From Laetmonice hystrix (Eukaryota), in contig OZ249436.1 of NCBI GenBank assembly GCA_965235115.1, forward strand, positions 1,800,001 to 1,864,000: DNA of 64,000 nucleotides, in the 5' to 3' direction. Positions 51,932 through 64,000 of this stretch are shown in pieces. The notes below the pieces were generated by a model. That model made no database searches, had not been told where the DNA came from, and was given only the letters and a program-made list of their open reading frames with translations. Numbering within the stretch: the stretch's first letter is position 1; each line of letters starts with the position of its first letter. A program made the position numbers and the translations under genes.

Positions 51932-52837
51932 GTTTACAGGGCGATGGTATTGAAATATTCTACCTTCCCGATCAGGTAAACCAGCAATACGGAATCTCTG
52001 ATTTACTGGTGACAAACACTGCTTTCAGTTTGTCAGATTTTACAGGGCGGTGGTATTGAAATATTCTACCTTCCCGATCAGGTAAACCAGCAATACTATA
52101 CCCGGAATCTCTGATTTACTGGTGACAAACACTGCTGTCAGTTTGTCAGGAGATTTTACAGGGCGGTGGTATTGAAATATTCTACCTTCCCTATCAGGTA
52201 AACCAGCAATACTACCCGGAATCTCTGATTTACTGGTGACAAACACTGCTGTCAGTTTGTCAGGAGATTTTACAGGGCGGTGGTATTGAAATATTCTACC
52301 TTCCCGATCAGGTAAACCAGCAATACTACCCGGAATCTCTGATTTACTGGTGACAAACACTGCTGTCAGTTTGTCAGGAGATTGTACAGGGCGGTGGTAT
52401 TGAAATATTCTACCTTCCCGATCAGGTAAACCAGCAATACTACCTGGTATCTCTGATTTACTGGTGACAAACACTGCTGTCAGTTTGTCAGGAGATTTTA
52501 CAGGGCGGTGGTATTGAAATATTCTACCTTCCCAATCAGGTAAACCAGCAATACTATACCCGGAATCTCTGATTTACTGGTGACAAACACTGCTTTCAGT
52601 TTGTCAGATTTTACAGGGCGGTGGTATTGAAATATTCTACCTTCCCTATCAGGTAAACCAGCAATACTACCCGGAATCTCTGATTTACTGGTGACAAACA
52701 CTGCTTTCAGTTTGTCAGATTTTACAGGGCGGTGGTATTGAAATATTCTACCTTCCCTATCAGGTAAACCAGCAATACTATACCCGGAATCTCTGATTTA
52801 CTGGTGACAAACACTGCTGTCAGTTTGTCAGGAGATA
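51932..52837. repeat. Minisatellite, ~114-bp unit, 8 copies
   Basis: tttacagggcggtggtattgaaatattctacc...tgacaaacactgctgtcagtttgtcaggagat repeated. Confidence 0.96.
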
Positions 52838-53083
52838 TATTTCATTTCGACTTGTATTGCCACTATAATACAGGAGGACTTGACGTTTTTATGTTGGCCT
52901 ATATCTATATATTTACCATGCAGACACTCAATGGTACAGTTCGCCTTCAATAATATTTTCTAATATAAGATTGTGACAACGCCTATCCTTTATTCCTGTA
53001 CCGCCCCTGTCATTATGATCCCAACAAAGGTATAACACTGCGGTCTGAATGAATGTTGGACTTGCACTCTACAATTCGTGTAG

Positions 53084-53257
53084 CAGTGGAGGATCCAGGA
53101 TTTTGATAAGGTGGCACCTAAAAAAATGCTAAGCCTCGCTACGCTCGGCATGGTTTTAATATTTTACTTTATTCAAATATAGTCATAACATCTTCATCCA
53201 AAAAAAAGAAGGAAAATCTAAGGGCCAGGCGGCCTGCCCAACCCCTGGATAGTATTG
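53084..53257. mobile_element. Possible degenerate hAT-like MITE
   Basis: Starts cagtggaggatccagga and ends cccctggat...ttg; right end is decayed and there is no clear TSD. A related right end (tggatccgcccctg) lies at 42507-42520. Confidence 0.35.
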
Positions 53258-54458
53258 TAGACATATCTATACATATCCAGGTATTTGGATCCTTTTTATA
53301 CACTGTATACACGATGGTCGGGGCCACCATCATATTCTGCTAAACACAATATACGTATACCCCTCACTCTACAACTATACATAGACACATATTGGCAATC
53401 CTATATATCAAACACACGCGATCGATCCATTATAGCCTCATAATATTCATTGGTGGACAACGCTGTGTTCTTTTCATCAATGTAACCATGAACATGCAAT
53501 GTATAGCTGAAAGTTGAACCTGTCATTGTAAATTACATGTGTATGTTTTAATATTATTCCATTTCCTACCTTATACCCGTCTGTGCGATACATTAAGCTA
53601 TACAGGATTCAACCCTTTTGTATATATTTTTTGGATGCCCAGGCATCAGGCGTAGCCCAGTTATACTTTCACAATGTCAGGGCCCAGAGAAAAGTTGTAT
53701 AGTCTACTGAAATTGAACCCCGCCCACGAGATTACTGCAACCATTCGCATAGCATAATTCACTGCCACTTCAATTAAAAGGAATCTTTTGTGGTCGAGCA
53801 GGACAATGGACCCCCCCCCCCACACACACACACACACACACACATCTTCCGACATGAGACGGAATCCATGCTTTCCTATAGATAGAGCTACACGTGATTT
53901 TTATGGAACATTCCATCGTTAAAGTCATCCTGGCTCCTGATTTTGGATGCACGGGCATCAGGCGTAGCCCAGTTACTTTGAGAATGTCCGGAAAGAGAAA
54001 GGTTGTTGTCGTTTGTCGCGATCGGTCGTTGACAAGTTTGTACCAGACAGACGTCCGATGGAAACGTTTCGAGGATACTCCACCCATGTCCCAAACTGAA
54101 GCGGCATGTTTTCAACGATACAATCAATGAATGAATAATAAATAAATAAATAAAATGCATCAGTATACATCAATATGTACATCTATAAAGAAATGATTAA
54201 TAAATGAATTATAAATAAGTAAATAATTGATAAATAAATAATTAATTAATATCTGTGAAATCTGTGGAAGGAGATGTGGAACACAAAAATTGGTTTGTTA
54301 AAATATAGGACGTTGAACGCAATTTTATTTATTGTATTGACGCATAATAGGCCTATATAAAAATAATATGATTTCAACATAACTTGGTGTGTAATGGATA
54401 TATATGTACGCCCATGCATGTTTGTCATAAACGGCTGAAGTCGTAAATATAATCCAAA

Positions 54459-55678
54459 TACTGAGGAAATATCTACCACCCTGCATGCTCCAAGCGTTCT
54501 GTGTACCACTGATACTGAGGAAATATCTACCACCCTGCATGCTCCAAGCGTTCTGTGTACCACTGAGGAAATATCTACCACCCTGCATGCTCCAAGCGTT
54601 CTGTGTACCACTGAGGAAATATCTACCACCCTGCATGCTCCAAGCGTTCTGTGTACCACTGATACTGAGGAAATATCTACCACCCTGCATGCTCCAAGCG
54701 TTCTGTGTACCACTGATACTGAGGAAATATCTACCACCCTGCATGCTCCAAGCGTTCTGTGTACCACTGATACTGAGGAAATATCTACCACCCTGCATGC
54801 TCCAAGCGTTCTGTGTACCACTGAGGAAATATCTACCACCCTGCATGCTCCAAGCGTTCTGTGTACCACTGATACTAAGGAAATATCTACCACCCTGCAT
54901 GCTCCAAGTGTTCTGTGTACCACGAATACTGAGGAAATATCTACCACCCTGCATGCTCCAAGTGTTCTGTGTACCACTGATACTGAGGAAATATCTACCA
55001 CCCTGCATGCTCCAAGCGTTCTGTGTACCACTGATACTGAGGAAATATCTACCACCCTGCATGCTCCAAGCGTTCTGTGTACCACTGATACTGAGGAAAT
55101 ATCTACCACCCTGCATGCTCCAAGCGTTCTGTGTACCAGGAATACTGAGGAAATATCTACCACCCTGCATGCTCCAAGCGTTCTGTGTACCACGAATACT
55201 GAGGAAATATCTACCACCCTGCATGCTCCAAGCGTTCTGTGTACCACTGATACTGAGGAAATATCTACCATCCTGCATGCTCCAAGCGTTCTGTGTACCA
55301 CTGATACTGAGGAAATATCTACCACCCTGCATGCTCCAAGCGTTCTGTGTACCACTGATACTGAGGAAATATCTACCACCCTGCATGCTCCAAGCGTTCT
55401 GTGTACCACTGATACTGAGGAAATATCTACCACCCTGGATGCTCCAAGCGTTCTGTGTACCACTGATACTGAGGAAATATCTACCACCCTGCATGCTCCA
55501 AGCGTTCTGTGTACCACTGATACTGAGGAAATATCTACCACCCTGCATGCTCCAAGCGTTCTGTGTACCACTGATACTGAGGAAATATCTACCACCCTGC
55601 ATGCTCCAAGCGTTCTGTGTACCACTGATACTGAGGAAATATCTACCACCCTGCATGCTCCAAGCGTTCTGTGTACCA
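54459..55678. repeat. Minisatellite, 54-bp unit (48-bp variant), ~23 copies
   Basis: Unit gatactgaggaaatatctaccaccctgcatgctccaagcgttctgtgtaccact. Confidence 0.97.
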
Positions 55679-56965
55679 CGCAGCCAACCCCAACTCACGG
55701 ACAAACTCATAGTAGCCTATAGACTTGAATAATATTCAAGTTATATAGTGAATCCAGTAAAAGGCAATCCTTGCGGCATCCATGCAATTCTGACATCACC
55801 CTTTTATTTTACTGTGATTTTCAGATTTAAGGATGGAACCAGAAACAGGGAAGGCCAGGCAAGAAAAATTTAAATTCCACCATTAAATAAAAATCGTACA
55901 TGGCTGTCGTAAGGAAAATCGCCTATGAGTAGATTCGCCCTCAGATCGCCCTTGGAACCCGTAAATGTCCGTCTTCCTCGTGGTAGATCTGGTACCCCGG
56001 ACCCCCACCTTTCCCATCCCACCCACCATACTTACTTCCTAAATTCCCCGGCCCTCCATCTGCTATAAAAGTCGTGGTTATATTCGCATATATAGACTGA
56101 TGTTCGACCATCTGGCACGGTCCCGTACTTATGGTGCTGCACCCTGGTGTCAAAATGCTAAAACTACGTGCTCGCGTTGTTCTGGCTACCACAAATAAAA
56201 ACGGTGAAAGAGAGGCTACGAAATTCTCATTATCTGCACGTTACCACGTATCGCCATTTCCCTAATATACCCACGGTATATCAGAAACACTTTATATTGA
56301 CACAATACTTAAGAAAACTGCCAAACTCCTCTAATGGCAACAATTCTTATCAACATTTGCACGCAAAATTGTACCTATGACAAACAGTGTTGAATATTTA
56401 ATGTTTGGAGGGACTGTGTGCGTTCTTTGTGTAGACCTATGGGAAGGGTTGTGTGGGCGGGGCAGGCAGATCCATGGCCACCTCAGCCCCGTGTACACAC
56501 TGAATGCCCCCTACTCGCTCTCCGCTCGGCACTTCACAAATTAACCAGGCCGATTCACGCACAATAATAAGTTTTTCGCGTGTTTCCTCACAGCAAATCG
56601 GGTCGATTGATCACTGGTGTGGCTGGCCACGACCGGTCGGGCAGGTCGGGCAGTTATCCAGGGTTGTGGCGAGTAAAACTACGACAAGCCTGCGATGGTC
56701 AGGGCCAGACCAGGTTTCCATCTAAAGACTTTCTGTAGTGAGGATGCTGTTAATTTACAAATATAGGTGGATGTATACGTCAGTAAACGCTATAGGCTAC
56801 TTGCAGTTCACATTAATTTTGTCACAGAGCAATCGTAATTATGTAGGCCTACATCCCCTTCTTACACGAGCTAGGCCTAGTCTATAGGCCTAGGCCTATA
56901 CATCAAATTTGTCCTTTATATTTCTATGAATAAGACGTGAAAACGTGTCCACACAGCCTTTCGAG

Positions 56966-57505
56966 TTACACGTTACACGAAGTTTAGAGGCCTAGTTGTC
57001 TATATCTTCGCGCATGCAGGAGCTCAGTTCATACATGCCTAGATCTAACTGTGTGAATTACACGTTACACGAAGTTTAGAGGCCTAGTTGTCTATATCTT
57101 CACGCATGCAGGAGCTCAGTTCATACATGCCTAGATCTAACTGTGTGAATTACACGTTACACGAAGTTTCGAGGCCTTGTTGTCTATATCTTCACGCATG
57201 CAGGAGCTCAGTTCATACATGCCTAGATCTATAACTGTGTGAATTACACGTTACACGAAGTTTAGAGGCCTAGTTGTCTATATCTTCGCGCATGCAGGAG
57301 CTCAGTTCATACATGCCTAGATCTAACTGTGTGAATTACACGTTGCACGAAGTTTAGAGGCCTAGTTGTCTATATCTTCCCGCATGCAGGAGCTCAGTTC
57401 ATACATGCCTAGATCTAACTGTGTGAATTACACGTTACACGAAGTTTAGAGGCCTAGTTGTCTATATCTTCGCGCATGCAGGAGCTCAGTTCATACATGC
57501 CTAGA
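56966..57505. repeat. Minisatellite, 92-bp unit, ~6 copies
   Basis: ttacacgttacacgaagtttagaggcctag...agatctaactgtgtgaa repeated. Confidence 0.96.
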
Positions 57506-58016
57506 CGGTGTAACAGGTGCGGCCTGGAGTCTAACTAATTGTCATGACAATCAATAATAATTACTTTCGACATCATGCGCTTACATTGAGTATGTTCTAT
57601 GATAGAGGGCGCCTACACAGCCATATCGGGGCCTATAAGCACCTATTGACAAGTAGGCCTATTATTGTTCAATAACTTTTGTGTTCACCCGTTATTGGTA
57701 TATTCCCATTACTGGCACTTTACTTAACAGTATCTATTGTCATAAAAGACCTATAGAAATATACACATATTAACATACAACAGAGACGACCAACAGAAAT
57801 TAGGTAGAACGGGTATATTTGCCATGTAACGTGTACAATATTAACTGTCAATTTCCGTTCTACGGAGGCGGCTGCAGAGTGGTTGATAGGGCGTCCCCAT
57901 CCAGGCCCACAATGGGCCAGCCCACCCGACAATCGTGTCATGTAGACAAAGTGGGCGTGGCCTAACGTGGTGACAGGAGCTCGGAGTGGTCACGTGACTG
58001 TGACAGTGACGTCCCA

Positions 58017-58429
58017 AACTTTCCAAGTCTCCGTGACTGTCCTCTATACCTGAGGATCGTGATATAACTCACTATATGATGTATAGTTACAGAATACTTC
58101 AAACATAACTAAAAACTGCAAGCTGAAACAAAAGTCATTACAATCAACAAACTTTCTAAGTCTCCGTGACTGCGGTACTGTCCTCTATACCTGAGGGTCG
58201 TGATATAACTCACTATATGATGTATAGTTACAGAATACTTCAAACATCACCAAAAACTGCAAGCTGAAACAGAAGTCATTATAATCAACAAACTTAAGTC
58301 TCCGTGACTGCGGTACTGTCCTCTACACCTGAGGGTCGTGATATAACTCACAATGATGTATAGTTACAGAACACTTCAAACATCACCAAAAACTGCAAGC
58401 TGAAACAGAAACCATTATAATCAACAAAC
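58017..58429. repeat. Tandem repeat, ~135-bp unit, 3 copies
   Basis: aagtctccgtgactg recurs at 58025, 58158 and 58296. Confidence 0.94.
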
Positions 58430-59354
58430 CTTTTATTTCATTAATGCGTGCCGGTTATAGTATTATTACAGATTAAATAGGTTTTGTTTTTAAGGTAGTT
58501 TGTAGTCGTACACCAGAGAGTGGAATCTGACGCCAGTCCCCTGGAAGTTAAGGAGGTATATAATTTAACTGACACCGAGCCATACATGTGATACTTGTAT
58601 ATAATCCGACTTGGTGATATACCAACACATGATCGTGGGATTGTCATAATATAGTTTAACCAAAATTATCATGGTCTAGTAAATTAGACAAATTATGGAC
58701 AGAGAGAAAACAGTCATCAAATCCAGTTAAAATGTGGGCCCTACAACAGTTTTGTTCAGTTATATCTAGCTATAGTTATATAATTTGGACAAGAAATAAT
58801 GTTATAATAGCGAGTGAATGCGGTCTCAGTGCGCTCCCTCTGCGTAATAATCTATAATTATATTTATAATGTAGTTATTATCATCTATTTATCATCTGTA
58901 GTCGCCTTGTAGTAGTTCATGAATCGTTCGGCAAAGGCTTCCAGCCCCCACGCAGCCTACACTAACCACAAAATCCGAAAAGAAAAAGAAGTTGTAAGTC
59001 ATTATAATATCGTTCCAATAAATCAGCTTATACCAGTTATTGTTAAGTGTAGTCTATACGTTTCATTCACAAAGAGCCTCGGCATGAAAAAACAGAACTT
59101 TTCCTCCGACCATAAAAGTATAGGCTACACAAAATGTACTTAGTTCACGCAAACTATACATGTCATGGACTGACGTGATCTTTACCGAGTGACTGCGTTT
59201 ATCCACGCTGAAACGTCGAACCCTTTCCGATATACGTTTGTGAAAAATGTCCCTTTTGGGGTCTGAACGTTAAGCTGTCTCCGGTCCAGATAATAGCTAA
59301 GAGGCTTTACACAATGGTAGCGTAATCTGGCGGAGACAATCAGGACATTGTGGA

Positions 59355-59530
59355 GCGGTCGGGCGGTCGGTGGGCGGTCGGGCGGGCGGTCGGGCGGTCG
59401 GTGGCGGGCAGTCGCTCGGCCAGTGGCGGGCGGGCGGGCGGGCCGCCGCCGTCGGTCGGGCCGGGAAGAAGCGGGCGCGGCCCCGCCTGTCTGCCATCCA
59501 TCACCGTACCGGCCTACCCTCCGGGCCACC
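59355..59530. other. GC/CpG-rich patch with (gcgg/tcgg)n repeats
   Basis: Dense CpG and GGGCGG boxes; a YY1-like cggccatttt lies near 59718. Promoter or enhancer role unproven. Confidence 0.45.
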
Positions 59531-60693
59531 ATTCGGAGTTACGCTTGTCTAGCTGGAATTGCCAAAATACGGCGCTGTAAGATTCATGTTCGTTATTTCC
59601 GCATGGAAACATTTTGCTGGGCCAGTTTCTAGGAGCCTTGAGGGACTTTGTGTCGGTTACAACCATAGAATTAGGAGGGAAGTGGACGGAATCGAGCGGT
59701 CCCCGGTCGGCCTGGGGCGGCCATTTTGGATTCGACTGTTGTTTGGGCAAGGAAATGGACGCACTACCGAAAATGGGCAGTAGTATGATGGATCGAATAC
59801 ATAGTGATGGTTGGTACATTGTGGGACGTTATGTGATTTATAGTTACGTTATTGACCATAGATTTCTTCTACACCGTGTCTGACTGTGAGTACAACACAC
59901 GGAATGTCCTGGGAACTCTTTACACAGCGACTGTATGACCACAGTTACCGTGGAAACATAGGTATACTTTCTCTCTCTCTCTGCTTACTTTACACTTACT
60001 TTCATATTAGCTCGACTAAGAACTGATAACCATTAGGTGTCCTAATAAAGTTATACCGCTTCAAGAAATCAAGTCACAATTTACCTTTTACCGTTAGCGT
60101 ATAGATCTAGGCCTAAGTTAAATTTGCTCACACTTATCCCATCTCGGCAGGGGGTGAACTTGTTAGACTCGTTTATGACCACCGATAACAACATGTGAGT
60201 TGGTCCCTAGTCAGTGTCATATACCTCGACATCAGAAGCCCAGTAAACGTTTCGAATAAAAACAATTGTCAAGACTTGCCAACCCTGCATGGTTCCCCCA
60301 CTCTATACGCATCAATGCACATGGTATCGCGATTCGATTTCTTCCCGGAGAATTGGTATACAATGCTGCTGCCACTCTAGCCATGTGAAGGGTCTTAACT
60401 ACTTTGAGAACTCTAGGGGGCCAATCACACCCCCACCACCGATACCAAAACACCCCTATACATGCAGTCCTTGTTCTTTCACACGGCAGATTGAGGTCAC
60501 TTTGTCCGACCGAGGTCCGACCTACCATCTGTACATTTTCCCCTGACATGGGGGCATGGAGAACGGGTAGGGAGTGTGATATTATGGGATGTTTCGATTG
60601 GCTGCGGTTTGGGGGTTGTTTGTATGTACATTTCAGCAGGCGACCTTCTACAAGCGGCGGTTCCGGTCGACTACCGGAGCGTGACCGCGACAA

Positions 60694-62096
60694 GAGGACT
60701 ACATTATATACACTACCCATGATATATGTGTATACTCTCGTGTCTCGGGTAGGAAGGACTACAATTACATGTATACACTACACATGATATATGTGTATAC
60801 TCTCGTGTCCCGGGTAGGAAGGACTACAATGTATACACTACACATGATATATGTGTATACTCTCGTGTCTCGGGTATGAAGGACTACAATTACATGTATA
60901 CACCACACATGATATATGTGTATACTCTCGTGTCTCGGGTAGGAAGGACTACAATTACATGTATACACCACACATGATATATGTGTATACTCTCGTGTCT
61001 CGGGTATGAAGGACTACAATTACATGTATACATCACACATGATATATGTGTATACTCTCGTGTCTCGGGTAGGAAGGACAATTACATGTATACACCACAC
61101 ATGATATATGTGTATACTCTCGTGTCTCGGGTATGAAGGACTACAATTACATGTATACACCACACATGATATATGTGTATACTCTCGTGTCTCGGGTAGG
61201 AAGGACTACAATTACATGTATACACCACACATGATATATGTGTATACTCTCGTGTCTCGGGTAGGAAGGACTACAATTACATGTATACACCACACATGAT
61301 ATATGTGTACACTCTCGTGTCCCGGGTAGGAAGGACTACAATTACATGTACCACACATGACATATGTGTATACTCTCGTGTCCCGGGTAGAAAGGACTAC
61401 AATTACATGTACCACACATGATATATGTGTATACTCTCGTGTCTCGGGTAGGAAGGACTACAATTACATGTATACACCACACATGATATATGTGTATACT
61501 CTCGTGTCTCGGGTAGGAAGGACTACAATAATTATTACATGTATACACCACACATGATATATGTGTATACTCTTGTGTCTCGGGTAGGAAGGACTACAAT
61601 TACATGTATACACCACACATGATATATGTGTATACTCTCGTGTCTCGGGTAGGAAGGACTACAATTACATGTATACACCACACATGATATATGTGTATAC
61701 TCTCGTGTCTCGGGTAGGAAGGACTACAATTACATGTATACACCACACATGATATATGTGTATACTCTCGTGTCTCGGGTAGGAAGGACTACAATGTATA
61801 CACCACACATGATATATATGTATACTCTCGTGTCTCTGGTAGGAAGGACTACAATTACATGTATACATCACACATGATATATGTGTATACTCTCGTGTCT
61901 CGGGTAGGAAGGACTACAATTACATGTATACACCACACATGATATATGTGTATACTCTCGTGTCTCGGGTAGGAAGGACTACAATTACATGTATACACCA
62001 CACATGATATATGTGTATACTCTCGTGTCTCGGGTATGAAGGACTACAATTACATGTATACATCACACATGATGCTCTCGTGTCTCGGGTATGAAG
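60694..62096. repeat. Minisatellite, 65-bp unit, ~22 copies
   Basis: Unit cacatgatatatgtgtatactctcgtgtctcgggtaggaaggactacaattacatgtatacacca. Confidence 0.97.
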
Positions 62097-62308
62097 ACCA
62101 GGGAAGAGCTGGCCTGGAAGGGTTCCAATCACCCGAGGACCGGTGGAAAGACCAGGGAAGAGCTGGCCGGGAAAGGTTCCAATCACACAGGACTGGTGGG
62201 AAGACCAGGGAAGAGCTGGCCAGGAAGGGTTCCAATCACCCGAGGACCGGTGGGAAGACCAGGGAAGAGCTGGCCGGGAAAGGTTCCCATCACCCAGGAC
62301 CGGTGGGA
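62093..62308. repeat. Minisatellite, ~54-bp unit, 4 copies
   Basis: gaagaccagggaagagctggccgggaaaggttccaatcacccgaggaccggtgg repeated; fused to the preceding array. Confidence 0.92.
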
Positions 62309-63305
62309 CAAGTATAAAAGAAGACCTCATACCACTTCTACAATCTCGGGGGGTGTCGTGAGGCGAGGTTTGGAGCAGATCGATATAAATATTTCAAGAC
62401 TCTGCACGATATGACTTAAAATATTGCACGCACCCCTCCGCCATGCCAAACTCATATTTCATTAGTTCCCACCCGATTCTTTCGTCATTCCTCCCGATAT
62501 GAATGAGCCAATCCCAGGCGTTCTCATTTCGCGAAATGGACTTTTTAAAATGGGGCATGTGTGGGCAGCGAGGGAGTGGCTTTGTAACACGCTTAGGTCC
62601 ACTAATTCCTGCCTGGAGTGGTAATTCCTGCCTGGAGAAGGTAAAGTGAAACTGCAGGATGATTGATGGCGTTATTGGGCAGGCGGCGGGCGGTTAATGT
62701 AACATTTATCTGCCGTCCATATCCTAGAAACGATCTTATTGAATTCACTAAATGGTTTGAAATGAGGTAATATCTCAGACTCTGTCGTTCCATGAAAAAT
62801 TCAAGCTTCTATTTTTATCGAATTGATCCTCTTCGTTTGTCTCAATCAGGCTCAGTGGAGACTCATTAAGTCAGCGGCCATAAATCAAACCGTCCCCCGA
62901 CCCTGGATGCTACACTTGGCTGACTGTAAAGAATCAAGTAGTATTTTCTCAGCCTTAATCAACATTTGAGCATGCACGAGGGCTATGTTTGTGTACGCTA
63001 CCCCTTCCCAACGTAAACGTTAGTTTCTTTCGTCGCCCGGCTGCCCACACCCCAATTATAGAAGGCAGCTGGCTGAGGCGTCAAAAACCTTCAATCGGAA
63101 CCATGCACTCAAAAACAATCATGCACCTTTCTTTCTTTGTCGTTGGTGTTGTTGTTGTTGTTGTTGTTGTCCTTCTTCTTCTTAATACTTGTTGTTCTTC
63201 TTCTACACGCCAAGGCTGAACTCTTTCCAATGTAGACGAACAAAGTACATGTTGTATATGGCGGACGTAAAGTATTTCAAATGAAAACTCTATCTATATG
63301 TATGT

Positions 63306-63722
63306 CATGGTCGAGTGGAGAATCTGGTTAGATTCTGAATCTACTGGGATGAAAATACAGAATCCCGATTACAGCTGGCGGAAATTAGAATCGGTAAAAT
63401 TGTTCTGAGAGAAATTAGAATCGGTAAAATTGTTCTGAGAGAAATTAGAATCGGTAAAATTGTTCTGGGAGAAATTAGAATCGGTAAAATTGTTCTGAGA
63501 GAGATTGACAATCTTATTTCAACCAGTTTAGTTTTGTAAGTCTGTTGTCGTGCAAGGCTCGCGCCGGTTACAAGAATCCTGACGATTATAGCCGGGTAGA
63601 TTTGGAATCAAGGAAAATTTACTGAAAATTCCCATCTATAAAATCTGGATCCTAGCCGCTCAGAATTAGAATCCTGATTTCATCCGGATAGATTCAAAAT
63701 CCAGATTCTCATTTCGACCATG
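63306..63722. mobile_element. MITE, ~417 bp, with CATGGTCGA TIRs and an internal 30-bp x4 repeat
   Basis: catggtcgagtggagaatctgg ... ccagattctcatttcgaccatg, with weaker symmetry extending inward ~70 bp; gaaattagaatcggtaaaattgttctgaga x4 at ~63381-63503. No clean TSD. Confidence 0.75.
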
Positions 63723-63816
63723 CATGCAGTAGCCTATCTGTTTCCTATTTGGACGTGCCATTTTTACATATCCCACTGTGTGCATTCTTTCCATGTTAAT
63801 ATTATTGCGATTCGTT

Positions 63817-63917
63817 TGGTATAAAGTTGTGGTGTATTGAACATACCCGCCGTTTTATTGCGATACTGCACATGTGGTATAAAGTTGTGGTGTATTGAAC
63901 ATACCCCCGTTTTATTA
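63817..63917. repeat. Two-copy duplication, ~58-bp period
   Basis: tggtataaagttgtggtgtattgaacatacc occurs twice. Confidence 0.85.
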
Positions 63918-64000
63918 ACATGTTGTTAGGACTGGACGCGTTGTTGTGTAAAAAGAAGAACGCAATCACCCGTTGACAGTTGCAGACGACATTTGGCAGA

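Noticed and set aside
54246..55732. 415-477-aa repeat ORFs (also 43526-44472, 7086-7974, 46101-46874)
   Set aside because: Tandem-repeat read-through on both strands with no recognisable protein family.
7366..62308. CRISPR-like appearance of 25-40-bp repeats, some palindromic
   Set aside because: Units are head-to-tail with no unique spacers, there are no cas genes, and the context is eukaryotic.
1..64000. Conserved miRNA, tRNA or rRNA genes
   Set aside because: By-eye comparison with the conserved bilaterian miRNAs I recall gave only seed-length matches; the only tRNA-like piece is the SINE head. An Rfam/Infernal scan would be needed to exclude them.

Overview
Repeat-rich, apparently non-coding eukaryotic DNA (intergenic or a very large intron), probably from a bilaterian invertebrate, inferred from a V-domain-type SINE, CTCF-like motifs and MITEs. 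I can support no protein-coding gene, RNA gene or CRISPR array; all long ORFs in the track are read-throughs of tandem repeats. Roughly 40% of the window (hand estimate) consists of about 30 mutually unrelated minisatellite arrays with 9-135 bp units. The most structured object is a 4,536-bp non-coding foldback-type element (28827-33362): TGT...ACA termini, a perfect 6-bp target-site duplication (GCCGTG), three-part inverted arms of about 2 kb and a loop of about 400 bp. Also present are a recent 1.33-kb tandem duplication with a templated junction, several MITEs, candidate CTCF and Hox/Pbx sites, and a strong excess of TA-NNNN-TA palindromic octamers. Copy numbers and array edges were estimated by eye.
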